DNA of 64,000 bases from a virus. This document shows, piece by piece, positions 36,490 through 46,745 of the stretch (within the stretch, counting starts at the first letter, position 1; every line of letters begins with the position of its first letter). The translations under genes were made by a program, and so were the position numbers. Where the stretch lies: the IMG/VR virus record IMGVR_UViG_3300034066_001346, positions 32,798 to 96,797 of that record. One strand, given 5' to 3'. A model generated the notes under the pieces. That model saw only the letters and a program-made list of their open reading frames with translations, was not told where the DNA came from and made no database searches.

Positions 36490-36702
36490 TTACTTGTAAA
36501 GACTTAATTCTGCTTCTAAAGCCTGCCTTTTTAAATTTTGATCTATTATAAACTGGTATATTTCTTGCTTTTTTGCTTCGGTAAAGGTTTCAAAGTACTC
36601 TATGTCTTCTGGCTCAGTATATTTAAGATGAGATATCGATATATCTATTAAATCGATTCTTTGCTGTAAAACTTGAGCCTTTTCATTATTATTCATATTC
36701 AT
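36490..36702 (-). CDS. Small coiled-coil protein downstream of the fibre (possible chaperone)
   Basis: AAGGA RBS; NNEKAQVL...KRQALEAEL. Confidence 0.65.
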   Translation of the reverse strand: MNMNNNEKAQVLQQRIDLIDISISHLKYTEPEDIEYFETFTEAKKQEIYQFIIDQNLKRQALEAELSLYK

Positions 36703-36710
36703 CCTTTCTT

Positions 36711-39700
36711 TTATGCAAACGACAATAAGGCATTATTTACTGGAGTTGTTGTGTTTCTAACGCTTGAACTAGTTTTTATTCCAGTGCTATTTCCAGTTTG
36801 GGTTGCCCCAGACCAGGCGTTTACTCTAGCTCTGTAGTAAAAGTTTCCAGAAGTGCTTGTAGTTCCAGACGGTAGGCTTGTTGATAAGCTTATTGCATTA
36901 TTGCTTACAGCCAAATTATTTGCAACACCTTCGGTCCAGGTTATTCCATCAGCAGATCTATCTAAATAAATCGTACATGATGTGGTGTTTGTAAAAGTAA
37001 AGTTGAATGTTGCTTTTGGGTTAGCAAAAACAAAGTTGGGGCTTGATCCAGATCTTCCAGTTGTAGATGCTCTTATTGTAGAAACAGTCGGAGTTGGCTG
37101 AACTGCGGTCCATTGGGCAAAGAAGTTTAGACTTGATGTCGGTGTAAATGTTCCTTGGCTGCCTACCGAATAAAGCAAATCACCAGATGCTGGGTGCCTC
37201 CATGATGAAAAAGTAAATCCACCTCTAGTGACTAGTGGAGCTGTGTGTGCAAGACCTCTGGCTCTTGTAGTGTCAGCTCCGCCAGTTCCACCGTTAGCAT
37301 TCCAGGTTATTGTCCAGGTTAGAGTTGTTTCTGTCCACTGAGCGAATAAACTAAGCGCTGCGTTTAATGTATAAGTTGCTCCAGCTGCATAGCTTGTTCC
37401 AGTTCCATTGGCTGCAGTGTTCCAACCTGCAAATGTGTACTGGGTACTGCCGACTGTTGCACGAGTTGGTGCTGTTGAACTTAAAGTCAAGTTCGTACCG
37501 TGTATCTTAGTTTGGCTTGCTGGTGCTCCTGTGCCACCGTTAGCGTTATATGTAACAGCATAAGTTTTAGCTGACCACACAGCCCCAAAAGTAAGATCGC
37601 CTGTTGGATTAAAAGTTCCTCCATCATTTACAGTATACAAAACATCAAATCCAGTGGCTGGGTTTCTCCAGTTAGAAAAATTAAATCCCTCTCTGGTTCC
37701 TGGGGAAGGTGCGGTGTGTGAAACTCCACGATTCTGTGTTGTGCTTCCTCCGCCAGTTCCACCGTTAGCATTCCAGGTTATTGTCCAGGTTAAATTTGTT
37801 ACTGTCCACTGAGCAAACAAACTAAGTGGTGCGTTTAATGTATAAGTTGCTCCAGCTGCATAGCTTGTTCCAGTTCCATTGGCTGCAGTGTTCCAACCTG
37901 CAAATGTGTACTGGGTACTGCCGACTGTTGCACGAGTTGGTGCTGTTGAACTTAAAGTCAAGTTCGTACCGTGTATCTTAGTTTGGCTTGCTGGTGCTCC
38001 TGTGCCACCGTTAGCGTTATATGTAACAGCATAAGTTTTAGCTGTCCACACAGCGGCGAAAGTAAGGTCGCTGTCTGGATTAAAAGTTCCCCCATCGCTT
38101 ACGGTATATAAAATATCAATTCCAGTGGCTGGGTTTCTGTAATGTACAAAATCAAAACCGTCTCTGGTTCCTGGGGAAGGTGCGGTGTGCGAAACTCCAC
38201 GATTCTGTGTTGTGCTTCCTCCGCCAGTTCCACCGTTGGCACTCCAGGTTATTGTCCACTGCTCTAATATTGTGCTAAATGTTCCAGTTTTAATTACTCC
38301 AGATGTTCCTTCACCATTTTTAGGAGTTATGGAATAAGTGTAATCTCTTGGTGCGGTTAGCCCACTAACAGAAATTGGTGTAGAAGGAGAAGTTACAACC
38401 CTAGGGTAAGTGCTTATTGATGTGCCTGCATATTTTATATCTATATCATATGATGTCATATAAGAATGAGTATATGGTATTGATGCTGTTGTAGATCCAG
38501 CAGTAATTGTTCCAACTGTTATTACTGGAACCCCATATACTAATTTGTATACTGAATATTCTGATGGAGATAAAGTTGCTGGGTTATATGCCTTAACTGC
38601 AAAGTACAGCGCTTTGTCAATCATATTTAACTGACTTCTATAATCAACTGTTGGTGTTACTAAAGAAAAAGATTGTGAAGATAAAGATGATCCTTCATAA
38701 TAATTTGGAGCAGTTGTTGTTCCAGATGCAGATGTGCCAGAAAAAGATTGAATTGTCCAATATGAAGAATTGTTAGGATTTGCATTTGCCCAGTAAGAAG
38801 TACTGGAAAGACGCACATTTATTTCCGACCAATATGTTGTGTTAGTGCTAGAAGGTGTCTGTGCACCTACTGGTGTAGAAGTACCTGGGATCACGTATCC
38901 CATACCAGAATTTTGTTCAGCTCTCCATCTTGTTCCATTATGGCTTACTATAGATCCAGTAGGGTAGTTTGAAGATGAAGACCATGCTGAAACAGCAGAC
39001 ATTGCTTGTATACATCTATATCTTGTAAATCCATCCCACGCATTATCCCCTACATTATAAGCACTACTAGCAGAAAACAATGTTGGGGCTGGCATTGATA
39101 TTGATGCATAATATGCATTACCTGAAAATGAAACTAACGATCCAATAGAATATGCTGTTGATGCAGACCAGGCTGTTGGTGTTGGTAATGTAAATGATAC
39201 AGTGCTATTTGTTCTTGAAGTTATAGTGTGTGTTCCATTAAATAAAGAATCCATGCCAGAAATTATTAATTGATCATTTACTTTATAGCCATGATTGGTT
39301 GATGTTAATAACGATGCAGAAAATCCAGACAAAGTTTTATTAGAAACTGATCTTGCTTGAGCAAATGTCAATGGATAGCTTGTGGAGCCGCTCATAAAAT
39401 ACCATCTGTAATCATACGATGTTGGAGAGTTTGTCCATACACCTATATTTCCAAATGCATTATTACCTACTGTAGTGCTTCCAGTAATTTCTGGATATGG
39501 CGACTGTGGAATTGGTGTTCCATAATATGAAACAAGTTTTGACAAGCTCTCTGAGCTTGCATTTGTTCCATAAGTAGAATTTGTTGCCATAAACTTAAAT
39601 CTAAAATACATGTCTGGCCCAGATGTAAAATAAGAAGGAGAAAGGGTTAATGCGAGGGAGGATGAGGATGAGCCAGATGCTGGATTTGTTGTAGATTGAG

Positions 39701-40037
39701 CTGTTCCAATATCTGACCAATTAGAGTCATCTGGTGAACTTTGCCAAACATATGTAACTCCAGTTGCATTGTTCCAAGAGTATCTGGTAGATGTTATTGT
39801 AACGAATGTGGAATCATTCATTATATTATTAGATGCATTTATTCCGCCGCTTAAAGATATTGTTGATCTTGATTGCACTGTTGGCGTTATAACAGCTGTA
39901 AAAAAATCTGACCATACATTAGCTGCAGTCTTTACTCTTCCCTTTATTACATCTGACCATGTGCTTATAGCAGTTTTAACTCTTAACTCAGTAACATTAG
40001 CCCAGGTAGAAGATCCAGTTTTAACTCTTATCGGCAT
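36711..40037 (-). CDS. Tail fibre / receptor-binding protein with Ig-like, CBM5/12-like, FN3-like and InlB-B (Flg_new)-type repeats
   Basis: N-terminal VKT...W triplet repeats; (W/F)S....Y..G modules; five YNANGGTG/WNANGGTG...GF/YTF..W...L.AQW repeats. Confidence 0.8.
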   Translation of the reverse strand: MPIRVKTGSSTWANVTELRVKTAISTWSDVIKGRVKTAANVWSDFFTAVITPTVQSRSTISLSGGINASNNIMNDSTFVTITSTRYSWNNATGVTYVWQSSPDDSNWSDIGTAQSTTNPASGSSSSSLALTLSPSYFTSGPDMYFRFKFMATNSTYGTNASSESLSKLVSYYGTPIPQSPYPEITGSTTVGNNAFGNIGVWTNSPTSYDYRWYFMSGSTSYPLTFAQARSVSNKTLSGFSASLLTSTNHGYKVNDQLIISGMDSLFNGTHTITSRTNSTVSFTLPTPTAWSASTAYSIGSLVSFSGNAYYASISMPAPTLFSASSAYNVGDNAWDGFTRYRCIQAMSAVSAWSSSSNYPTGSIVSHNGTRWRAEQNSGMGYVIPGTSTPVGAQTPSSTNTTYWSEINVRLSSTSYWANANPNNSSYWTIQSFSGTSASGTTTAPNYYEGSSLSSQSFSLVTPTVDYRSQLNMIDKALYFAVKAYNPATLSPSEYSVYKLVYGVPVITVGTITAGSTTASIPYTHSYMTSYDIDIKYAGTSISTYPRVVTSPSTPISVSGLTAPRDYTYSITPKNGEGTSGVIKTGTFSTILEQWTITWSANGGTGGGSTTQNRGVSHTAPSPGTRDGFDFVHYRNPATGIDILYTVSDGGTFNPDSDLTFAAVWTAKTYAVTYNANGGTGAPASQTKIHGTNLTLSSTAPTRATVGSTQYTFAGWNTAANGTGTSYAAGATYTLNAPLSLFAQWTVTNLTWTITWNANGGTGGGSTTQNRGVSHTAPSPGTREGFNFSNWRNPATGFDVLYTVNDGGTFNPTGDLTFGAVWSAKTYAVTYNANGGTGAPASQTKIHGTNLTLSSTAPTRATVGSTQYTFAGWNTAANGTGTSYAAGATYTLNAALSLFAQWTETTLTWTITWNANGGTGGADTTRARGLAHTAPLVTRGGFTFSSWRHPASGDLLYSVGSQGTFTPTSSLNFFAQWTAVQPTPTVSTIRASTTGRSGSSPNFVFANPKATFNFTFTNTTSCTIYLDRSADGITWTEGVANNLAVSNNAISLSTSLPSGTTSTSGNFYYRARVNAWSGATQTGNSTGIKTSSSVRNTTTPVNNALLSFA
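37277..38260 (-). repeat. 471-bp tandem direct repeat within the fibre gene
   Basis: ccgccagttccaccgtt...ccaggttattgtcca recurs at about 37280, 37750 and 38221. Confidence 0.9.
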
Positions 40038-40046
40038 ATATTTAAC

Positions 40047-42059
40047 CTAAGCATATTGCAGCCAAACATCTCCTATGTTGCCAGTACCAGAGGTGGCTCC
40101 GATTAATGTATTTCTAATCCATATATTTCTAATATTTTTTGTTGAAGTTCCGCCTACTTCTGTATCTATGTTAACAGAATTATTTGTACCAGAAAGAGTT
40201 AGGTTTCCAGTAACCCTTAAAGATGAGTCTATCAGAACGCCGTTTAGTGCAGTTATATCTACATATCCTGCTGTTTCCATGTAAATACTTTTATCAGCAG
40301 ATATCTTTCCACCGCTAATAGTTATCGTGTTATTAGAGTATGCACCTGGCGATCCAATTGCTGAAAATGAACCAGATGCAATAATGTTATTTGCCCTAAT
40401 AGAAGCATCTGATGCATTGATTAAAACATATTTACCAGTTGTGTCATATGCATAAATACCATGTGTAGATGTAACTCCACCAGCTGTTACCGCTGAGGAA
40501 AATGCTCCAATTTCAATCGCAGCGTTTGGAGTTACTCCATCTACTGCATAACTTTTGATAACTCTGAGCTGTCCAGTAACTGTTGGTGAACCAACACTTA
40601 TTGCTCCAGTAAAGTTACCCGCTTTAGCATTAATAGTTCCAGTTACTGATAAAGTTGTGCCATTCCATGATAGATTATCTGTTGCGCTGCCAATTTTTAT
40701 AACAGCCGCATTATCTGCCACCGTATTACCAGATACATACCAATAGTTATTTGTACTTAAATATAAACCCTTGTTAACATTGTTTCCGCCAATTCCATAA
40801 CCAAGCTTCATGTCTCCAGCAGTTAAAGCCTTTGTTCCAGTTATTGATCCCGTAAATGATGGTACAGTTACTGTTGTATTAGACCAAGTAGAAGAAACAT
40901 TATCGTATTCATCATAAACCGACAAGCCAACTTCATATGTTTGTCCAGCAAGAAGTCCGTACAAAAATGTAGACGTAGTTGTTCTTCCTGGAATAGACAT
41001 AAATGTATACCCACCAGAACTTCCATTTATTCTAAATCTTATTTTATATCCAAGGGTTGTGGTATCAGAATTTTGAGTCCATGTAAAAGGAACTTTATAG
41101 TTAAAGTCAAAAAGCCCGTCGCCATCAACCGATGGTGTGCCAGGAGTTATTACGCTACTATTTGATGGAGCAGTGGCATCGTAGCCACTTGGACTTAGCG
41201 ATGCAACAGATTTTACATTAGAGTATAAAGAGTATGTTCCATCCTTTACCTTATGTCTTATTCTTACATACTTTGTATTTAAATCAGAAACATAGTATGC
41301 GCTTATTGGGCTTTGTCCATAAGTCATTAACGAGTAAGTGCCGCCGAGTGTGGTTGATTGATAAACTTCTGTATAAAGATATGACTCTGATTCGCCTGGG
41401 TCTGTAAATGGATTTACGTAAACAAAGTACCCGTCAAGTCTTGCTGATAGATTCCATGAAGCGTCATCAATTGCCTTATCAGTTAATGTACTTCCGTTAG
41501 ATGCCGTTGTAAAAGATAGACCTGAGCTGACGCCATCATCATTTACTGTTTTAATAACTCCAGAAAAAGCTTTAGGAACATGCTTTGAATTTCCAGAACT
41601 TCTCCAAGTATCCATCCTTGCTTCTGTTAATTCAAACTTTTGTCTAGTTTGAGATGGATCCACATTCTGAGTAAATTTACCAGTAGTCAAAACTCCGCTA
41701 CCATTTAGAGCAGACAAAGATATCTCAAAACTTTTAGCTCTGTTTGCCAGTACACCATCAACTAACTCTTCTGGCCTGTCGAAACTTATAAATAGAGTGT
41801 TGCCTTTCCACTCACTGGATATATTTGCAACATTTGGTACTGAGACTCCAGGTGTTGTAACTTCAAACACAGCAGAATAATCGCTTATAGTTTTATCTTC
41901 ATACACCCATGCAAATTGCATCTTGTAATCGGTGTCTAGGTTTAAGTCAGTTAATACTACGTCAATATAATCTTTATCGTCTTGAATTTGACTAACATCA
42001 TTTAAGAGGTCTGGCGGAACATATCCCGCACCTCCATTCTTAACGATTGGGTTTGCCAT
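40047..42059 (-). CDS. Minor tail protein with FN3-like domains
   Basis: GLLAGQTYEVGLSVYD FN3 signature and C-terminal GDVWLQY fibre-attachment-like motif. Confidence 0.75.
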   Translation of the reverse strand: MANPIVKNGGAGYVPPDLLNDVSQIQDDKDYIDVVLTDLNLDTDYKMQFAWVYEDKTISDYSAVFEVTTPGVSVPNVANISSEWKGNTLFISFDRPEELVDGVLANRAKSFEISLSALNGSGVLTTGKFTQNVDPSQTRQKFELTEARMDTWRSSGNSKHVPKAFSGVIKTVNDDGVSSGLSFTTASNGSTLTDKAIDDASWNLSARLDGYFVYVNPFTDPGESESYLYTEVYQSTTLGGTYSLMTYGQSPISAYYVSDLNTKYVRIRHKVKDGTYSLYSNVKSVASLSPSGYDATAPSNSSVITPGTPSVDGDGLFDFNYKVPFTWTQNSDTTTLGYKIRFRINGSSGGYTFMSIPGRTTTSTFLYGLLAGQTYEVGLSVYDEYDNVSSTWSNTTVTVPSFTGSITGTKALTAGDMKLGYGIGGNNVNKGLYLSTNNYWYVSGNTVADNAAVIKIGSATDNLSWNGTTLSVTGTINAKAGNFTGAISVGSPTVTGQLRVIKSYAVDGVTPNAAIEIGAFSSAVTAGGVTSTHGIYAYDTTGKYVLINASDASIRANNIIASGSFSAIGSPGAYSNNTITISGGKISADKSIYMETAGYVDITALNGVLIDSSLRVTGNLTLSGTNNSVNIDTEVGGTSTKNIRNIWIRNTLIGATSGTGNIGDVWLQYA

Positions 42060-43012
42060 TAGAAGGATAGATCCAATCTATACTCTATGTCGACTTGTCT
42101 TCCAGCTAATTTGTTTAATGGCGTTGCAAGAGATGATCTACTTATTAATCCATATGAAGGATCAAATGTGTCCTCATCATTAATTCTAATTCCATCAAAA
42201 TATGCAGAAGTTGCTCCGCCTGAATCTGATGTAACAACTATTCCAATTTTAGATATTGCTTTTGCGTCTGGATTATTGATAGGATTATTCAACATTGTTC
42301 CTAGGGCAACTGATTTAATTCTATCTCCAGCAGACCCATCTCCAGTAACTTGTGCCTCATAGTAATCTGTTGCTGAGCTATAAAATCTAATTTTAATATT
42401 TGCAAGATTGGCGTCTGCTTCATAAAATGCAAACGACAGCGTATCATTTACGCTATATCCAGATATATCTAAATTGTTTACAGATGTATTATATTGAATA
42501 GAAGATGATGATCCAGATGTAGACATCTGAACTAAATACTTTCCAATTCTTGGATTGTTAGATGTTACTATTGGCGGGAATGTTACTCCATCTGAAGATA
42601 GAGTCCATAATGTATTATCTTCAAAGTCTGCCAGGAACTTGTCATCATAGTTATTTACTGATGATCTGAGTCCTGGATATATACCGACTTCCTTTACAAT
42701 TCCCTCCACATCTTGAGGAATAGTTGTTTTATAAATAACAGAATAATTAAATCCACCTAATCCATCAGATTGTATATCTATTCCTCCATATGAAATTGGT
42801 AGTCTATAAAATTCAAATCCAAGTCTGCTGTTGCTGGGGGATACTGCATAGTCTGAATCATTTGCTATTCCCAGGGCCATATCTTTAGAATCAAACGGCA
42901 CGTTTCCAGCGATATAGCTGGTTAGGAATCGCTTGCCGAACTTTGTTATTATGTTATCTGAACGATAAATTTCTTTTCCGTCTTCATAAAATATATATGT
43001 GCCCTTTATCAT
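42059..43012 (-). CDS. Minor tail / baseplate protein
   Basis: N.IT..G, EVGI...K....IEY pattern; position in the tail operon. Confidence 0.65.
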   Translation of the reverse strand: MIKGTYIFYEDGKEIYRSDNIITKFGKRFLTSYIAGNVPFDSKDMALGIANDSDYAVSPSNSRLGFEFYRLPISYGGIDIQSDGLGGFNYSVIYKTTIPQDVEGIVKEVGIYPGLRSSVNNYDDKFLADFEDNTLWTLSSDGVTFPPIVTSNNPRIGKYLVQMSTSGSSSSIQYNTSVNNLDISGYSVNDTLSFAFYEADANLANIKIRFYSSATDYYEAQVTGDGSAGDRIKSVALGTMLNNPINNPDAKAISKIGIVVTSDSGGATSAYFDGIRINDEDTFDPSYGLISRSSLATPLNKLAGRQVDIEYRLDLSF

Positions 43013-43362
43013 TACTCTCCACCACTTCCTGTTGGAACTGCAATTCTTGCATCCATTCCAGACAAAACCTGACCACTACTATTTCTAATTCTAATAACTA
43101 ATTTAGCTTTTGTTTTATTTGTCTTTGTATCCACATAAACACTTTTTGTGACAGACTCTATATCTGACAGCTGAGGTATTTTATTAGGCTCTCCTGGGCC
43201 TCCTGTGCCCTCTATCAAGCCTTCTACTGCGCCACCTAAAGGCAGCGGAGTATATCTAATATACTTCTGATTCATATAATATGCATCTGAAGTACCTGGA
43301 GAAATAACTGGTTCAGAGTTTTGGGTTATATCTAAATTACTTATTCTTGGTGTGGTAGCCAT
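43012..43362 (-). CDS. Hypothetical tail-region protein
   Basis: Position in the tail operon; leaderless promoter. Confidence 0.65.
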   Translation of the reverse strand: MATTPRISNLDITQNSEPVISPGTSDAYYMNQKYIRYTPLPLGGAVEGLIEGTGGPGEPNKIPQLSDIESVTKSVYVDTKTNKTKAKLVIRIRNSSGQVLSGMDARIAVPTGSGGE

Positions 43363-43385
43363 TTATTTATTATACCATTTATCAA

Positions 43386-46300
43386 CTATAGTGTTCTACA
43401 CACTATTGAAGTTGACAGCCCCTCTGAATATGAATGATCTACATTCGTTACTATAAATTTTTGTGTTGTGCCATCTAAGCCATGATAGTCATACTTTATT
43501 GATATTACATCTCCAACAGAAATAAGTGGGTTGCCAAACATTTCTAAAGACGAGACCATCTGTTTTTTAGCCCACTGTGTTTTAATCCACTTCGCAAGGT
43601 TAATGACATCAGTATTATTTTGAAGCCATTGAGAAGAAAATATAACTGGCTCTTCTGATGTAAATTCATTTGAAGAGTCATCTACATATTCTAATACGCC
43701 TGACTTAGTAACAGTCTTGCCGCCTACATAAAAAGAATATGTGTCTCCATCATCTAGCGGTATATATGTTCCAGAATTATTTAAAACATATGCCTCTGCA
43801 GAAAATGGAGTGGTTCTTGAACCAATAACTGTAGCAAACTTATTTGCTCCAGTTGAAGGCCAAAGTGGGTAGGCTGGCCTACTGCTATATTTAATATCGA
43901 CTTTTCTTATTTCTCTTGCAATTATTCCAAACTCTTCTACCTGACCCTTTATCGGCTCAGTGTCTGTTGATTGGTTTAAAACCTTTTCTCCATATAAGAA
44001 TTGAAGAGAATTGCTTGAAAACTTTCCACTATACAGATTATATGTGTACTTCGCATTATATTGTGGCTCTGTGGTTTTTATTCCATAAACATAATCAAAT
44101 TTAGTTGTTCCAGTTGTAGATATCATAGCAAGTATGTTTGTTGGAGATAGTATTGGATTTTCTGTAGTCTTTGTATCTATTGCATCGACTTGATATCCAT
44201 TTACATAAACTGTTATTGTATTTGCCAAACTAGTTGACTTTACTCTTATATCTAATCTGTATGAATCTCCGCCATAAATTCCAGAAAGCTTAACCTGCTC
44301 TGTCTGACTATCATCTAATCTTTGTATTGTGTTGTTGCTAACCTTTAATATTGAAAGCTCATTTTTTGAAGACATTGCTGAAGATTTTGCGCTTGTATCA
44401 ATTTTTACTATATATCCAGAGCTTGCATTAGAAGACATAAAGAAACCAAATGCTCCGCCAGCAATTGGATCATTTATATTGTTTTCCATAAACATTGTTG
44501 TTCCAAATGTATAGTACTGGTCGGTACCAGAAGTTGGCATAGATGTAAAAGCCTTATATGCTAAAGAGTAGTCAGTTTTTGAAGGAGAATTGTTTGTGAC
44601 ACAGAATAAAGATCTTGCTGCAGCTACACTATTTTTATCATTAAGAACTCCCTTTTGCAAGAATCCGCTTGCTGCATTAATTCCTTCTATAGTATTTGTG
44701 TTTACTGCTCCTGGTAATCCATACTTTATAGATGAATTATTTGATGCAGTTGAAGTTCCAGTACCATCCCATGCCTTGTCTACTGTTGTCCATGAAGATA
44801 TGATATCTTTTGAACCAACCTTGTGATCTCCTAGTGGTGTTGAAAATGCTTGTCTTGCTTTAATTCTATATCGCCCTGTTGGTCTAAAAAATGCCGTCTC
44901 TGGCTTTGTGTAATCTTGTGCGCCAGCTTTTGCTAGTGCTCTGTATTTAAATACATCGCTTTCATTTTCAATTACAACATCTACCCAATTTGTGCTACCA
45001 ATTGGCTGGTAAGTATATTCAACAGCATCGTATTCAATTATCTCTGAGTTAATCAGTAGGTAGCCGTTAAATGAGAAAAGAGACTGTATGTTAGTGTTAT
45101 CGTCTGTCACTATTGGAAGAAGCTTAACCCAGCTATTTGGTCCAGCCGCTTGGGAAGATAAAAGATCTTCGTCTAAAGATAATGCGCCTAGATAGGCTGT
45201 TGGAGATTTCCAAATCGGACTGTTGTCTTGAATGTAATTTGATGTAAGTGCGCTTTGCCATCTTACAATAACTTTATTTGCAGAAGGAAGATCTTGTTTT
45301 GACATAGATACTATGTTTGGAAGAATTGTAATTATATTTGGAGATGACCCTTCTTGTAGATCATCATATGTTGCTTTCCAATCAACGTCTCTATCTCTGT
45401 ATAAAAAATCTCTAGTGTAAAATTGAAGAACGTTGTTTTCATCAAATACAGCAGTCATCTGAGTATCTCTACATATTTGTTGCAATGTTTCCCAAACAGT
45501 TGTAGAGTCGTCTGTCCACCAGTAGGCTGGAGATATTATACTTTTTTCTAAATTTAAATCTGGGTGAATATTAATATTGTAATTAGTAAATCCAATATTA
45601 TCTAGAAGTCTTCTAATAATAGCAGTAACAGAATATCCCTCACAAAATATATCTGGGCAAACAATCTCCTGTAATATCTTTGCTCCGTCTAAACATTCTA
45701 CATCTACATTTCCATATTCAGATATAGACCAGCTATCCATAAAGAATTTGCCCTGATTAATGATGTCATACTTTTCAGATGTTCCATATGCTCCATCTGC
45801 ATGATAAACTTTAAAATGTGGCTTAACTTCAGCTAGCTTATAAAAATAAATTTTACCATCTTCAAATTCTGTAGTTGACTTTATGTAAGATACAGACTTT
45901 ATAGAATCTTCATTATACCTATTCATTTGCATTGAAAGAGAGTTTGCGGATATATATCCTACTGGCAATGTATCTCTTGATGAAGATGAGCTTTCTTTTA
46001 ATATATCAAATGCCTCTACGTCTGATGATACGTCAATAACATACTTTGGTGCCACCTCAATTATTCCAACATACTCGTTTGAAGAAACATCAATTGATAG
46101 CCCAACTTTATTTATTGCAATCCGTGCTGATGTATTTAGGTCTGCTTCATTTTTTGACCACCCAGTGCCAGTATAATATATAGTTAAAGAACCAGCATCA
46201 TAATTCTTTTTATTATCTGTTTTAAATGGCTTTATGTCTGAAGACGTTCCAGTAAGAAGTGTTTGAGATGATCCACCTGGCACTGTTCCACTAATTGTCC

Positions 46301-46745
46301 ATGAGGCTGGAAGTGAATGAGATATTTCAAACTTAACAACTATCTTATTTACAAAAATAGTTTTAGGATATGAAATAGATAAGGTTGTATCTTGTCCAAT
46401 TGGAGTTATAAAGTATTTATAATATGTGTTCGCTCCTGGAATATAAACTCTATAGTCTTTTGAATAGGATACATTTACTGGATTAGCCCATTCTTGAGAA
46501 TTAACATCTCCGTTTATATAATATTTAATTCCTGCAAGTTCTGGTCTAATTGGCTTTACAATTGTATCTACTGGGAAAAGCTTTTGAAATGGCTTAGCAT
46601 TATTAATTGTTTTATACTCTGCTCCAGTAACAACTATATTGTTAACCATAGAGTTAAGATTATATTCTATTAAACAACCCGCATTTATTTTTATTGCATG
46701 GTTTGTTTTCAATACTTTTTTTAATGCATCTGAGGCGGGAATCAT
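43386..46745 (-). CDS. Large minor tail (hub/Tal-like) protein
   Basis: Second gene after the TMP; C-terminal GNPLISVGDVI motif. Confidence 0.75.
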   Translation of the reverse strand: MIPASDALKKVLKTNHAIKINAGCLIEYNLNSMVNNIVVTGAEYKTINNAKPFQKLFPVDTIVKPIRPELAGIKYYINGDVNSQEWANPVNVSYSKDYRVYIPGANTYYKYFITPIGQDTTLSISYPKTIFVNKIVVKFEISHSLPASWTISGTVPGGSSQTLLTGTSSDIKPFKTDNKKNYDAGSLTIYYTGTGWSKNEADLNTSARIAINKVGLSIDVSSNEYVGIIEVAPKYVIDVSSDVEAFDILKESSSSSRDTLPVGYISANSLSMQMNRYNEDSIKSVSYIKSTTEFEDGKIYFYKLAEVKPHFKVYHADGAYGTSEKYDIINQGKFFMDSWSISEYGNVDVECLDGAKILQEIVCPDIFCEGYSVTAIIRRLLDNIGFTNYNINIHPDLNLEKSIISPAYWWTDDSTTVWETLQQICRDTQMTAVFDENNVLQFYTRDFLYRDRDVDWKATYDDLQEGSSPNIITILPNIVSMSKQDLPSANKVIVRWQSALTSNYIQDNSPIWKSPTAYLGALSLDEDLLSSQAAGPNSWVKLLPIVTDDNTNIQSLFSFNGYLLINSEIIEYDAVEYTYQPIGSTNWVDVVIENESDVFKYRALAKAGAQDYTKPETAFFRPTGRYRIKARQAFSTPLGDHKVGSKDIISSWTTVDKAWDGTGTSTASNNSSIKYGLPGAVNTNTIEGINAASGFLQKGVLNDKNSVAAARSLFCVTNNSPSKTDYSLAYKAFTSMPTSGTDQYYTFGTTMFMENNINDPIAGGAFGFFMSSNASSGYIVKIDTSAKSSAMSSKNELSILKVSNNTIQRLDDSQTEQVKLSGIYGGDSYRLDIRVKSTSLANTITVYVNGYQVDAIDTKTTENPILSPTNILAMISTTGTTKFDYVYGIKTTEPQYNAKYTYNLYSGKFSSNSLQFLYGEKVLNQSTDTEPIKGQVEEFGIIAREIRKVDIKYSSRPAYPLWPSTGANKFATVIGSRTTPFSAEAYVLNNSGTYIPLDDGDTYSFYVGGKTVTKSGVLEYVDDSSNEFTSEEPVIFSSQWLQNNTDVINLAKWIKTQWAKKQMVSSLEMFGNPLISVGDVISIKYDYHGLDGTTQKFIVTNVDHSYSEGLSTSIVCRTL

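Noticed and set aside
37277-38260. Fibre repeats as a diversity-generating retroelement TR/VR pair
   Set aside because: Both copies are in-frame coding, the differences are not adenine-specific, and there is no reverse transcriptase in the window.
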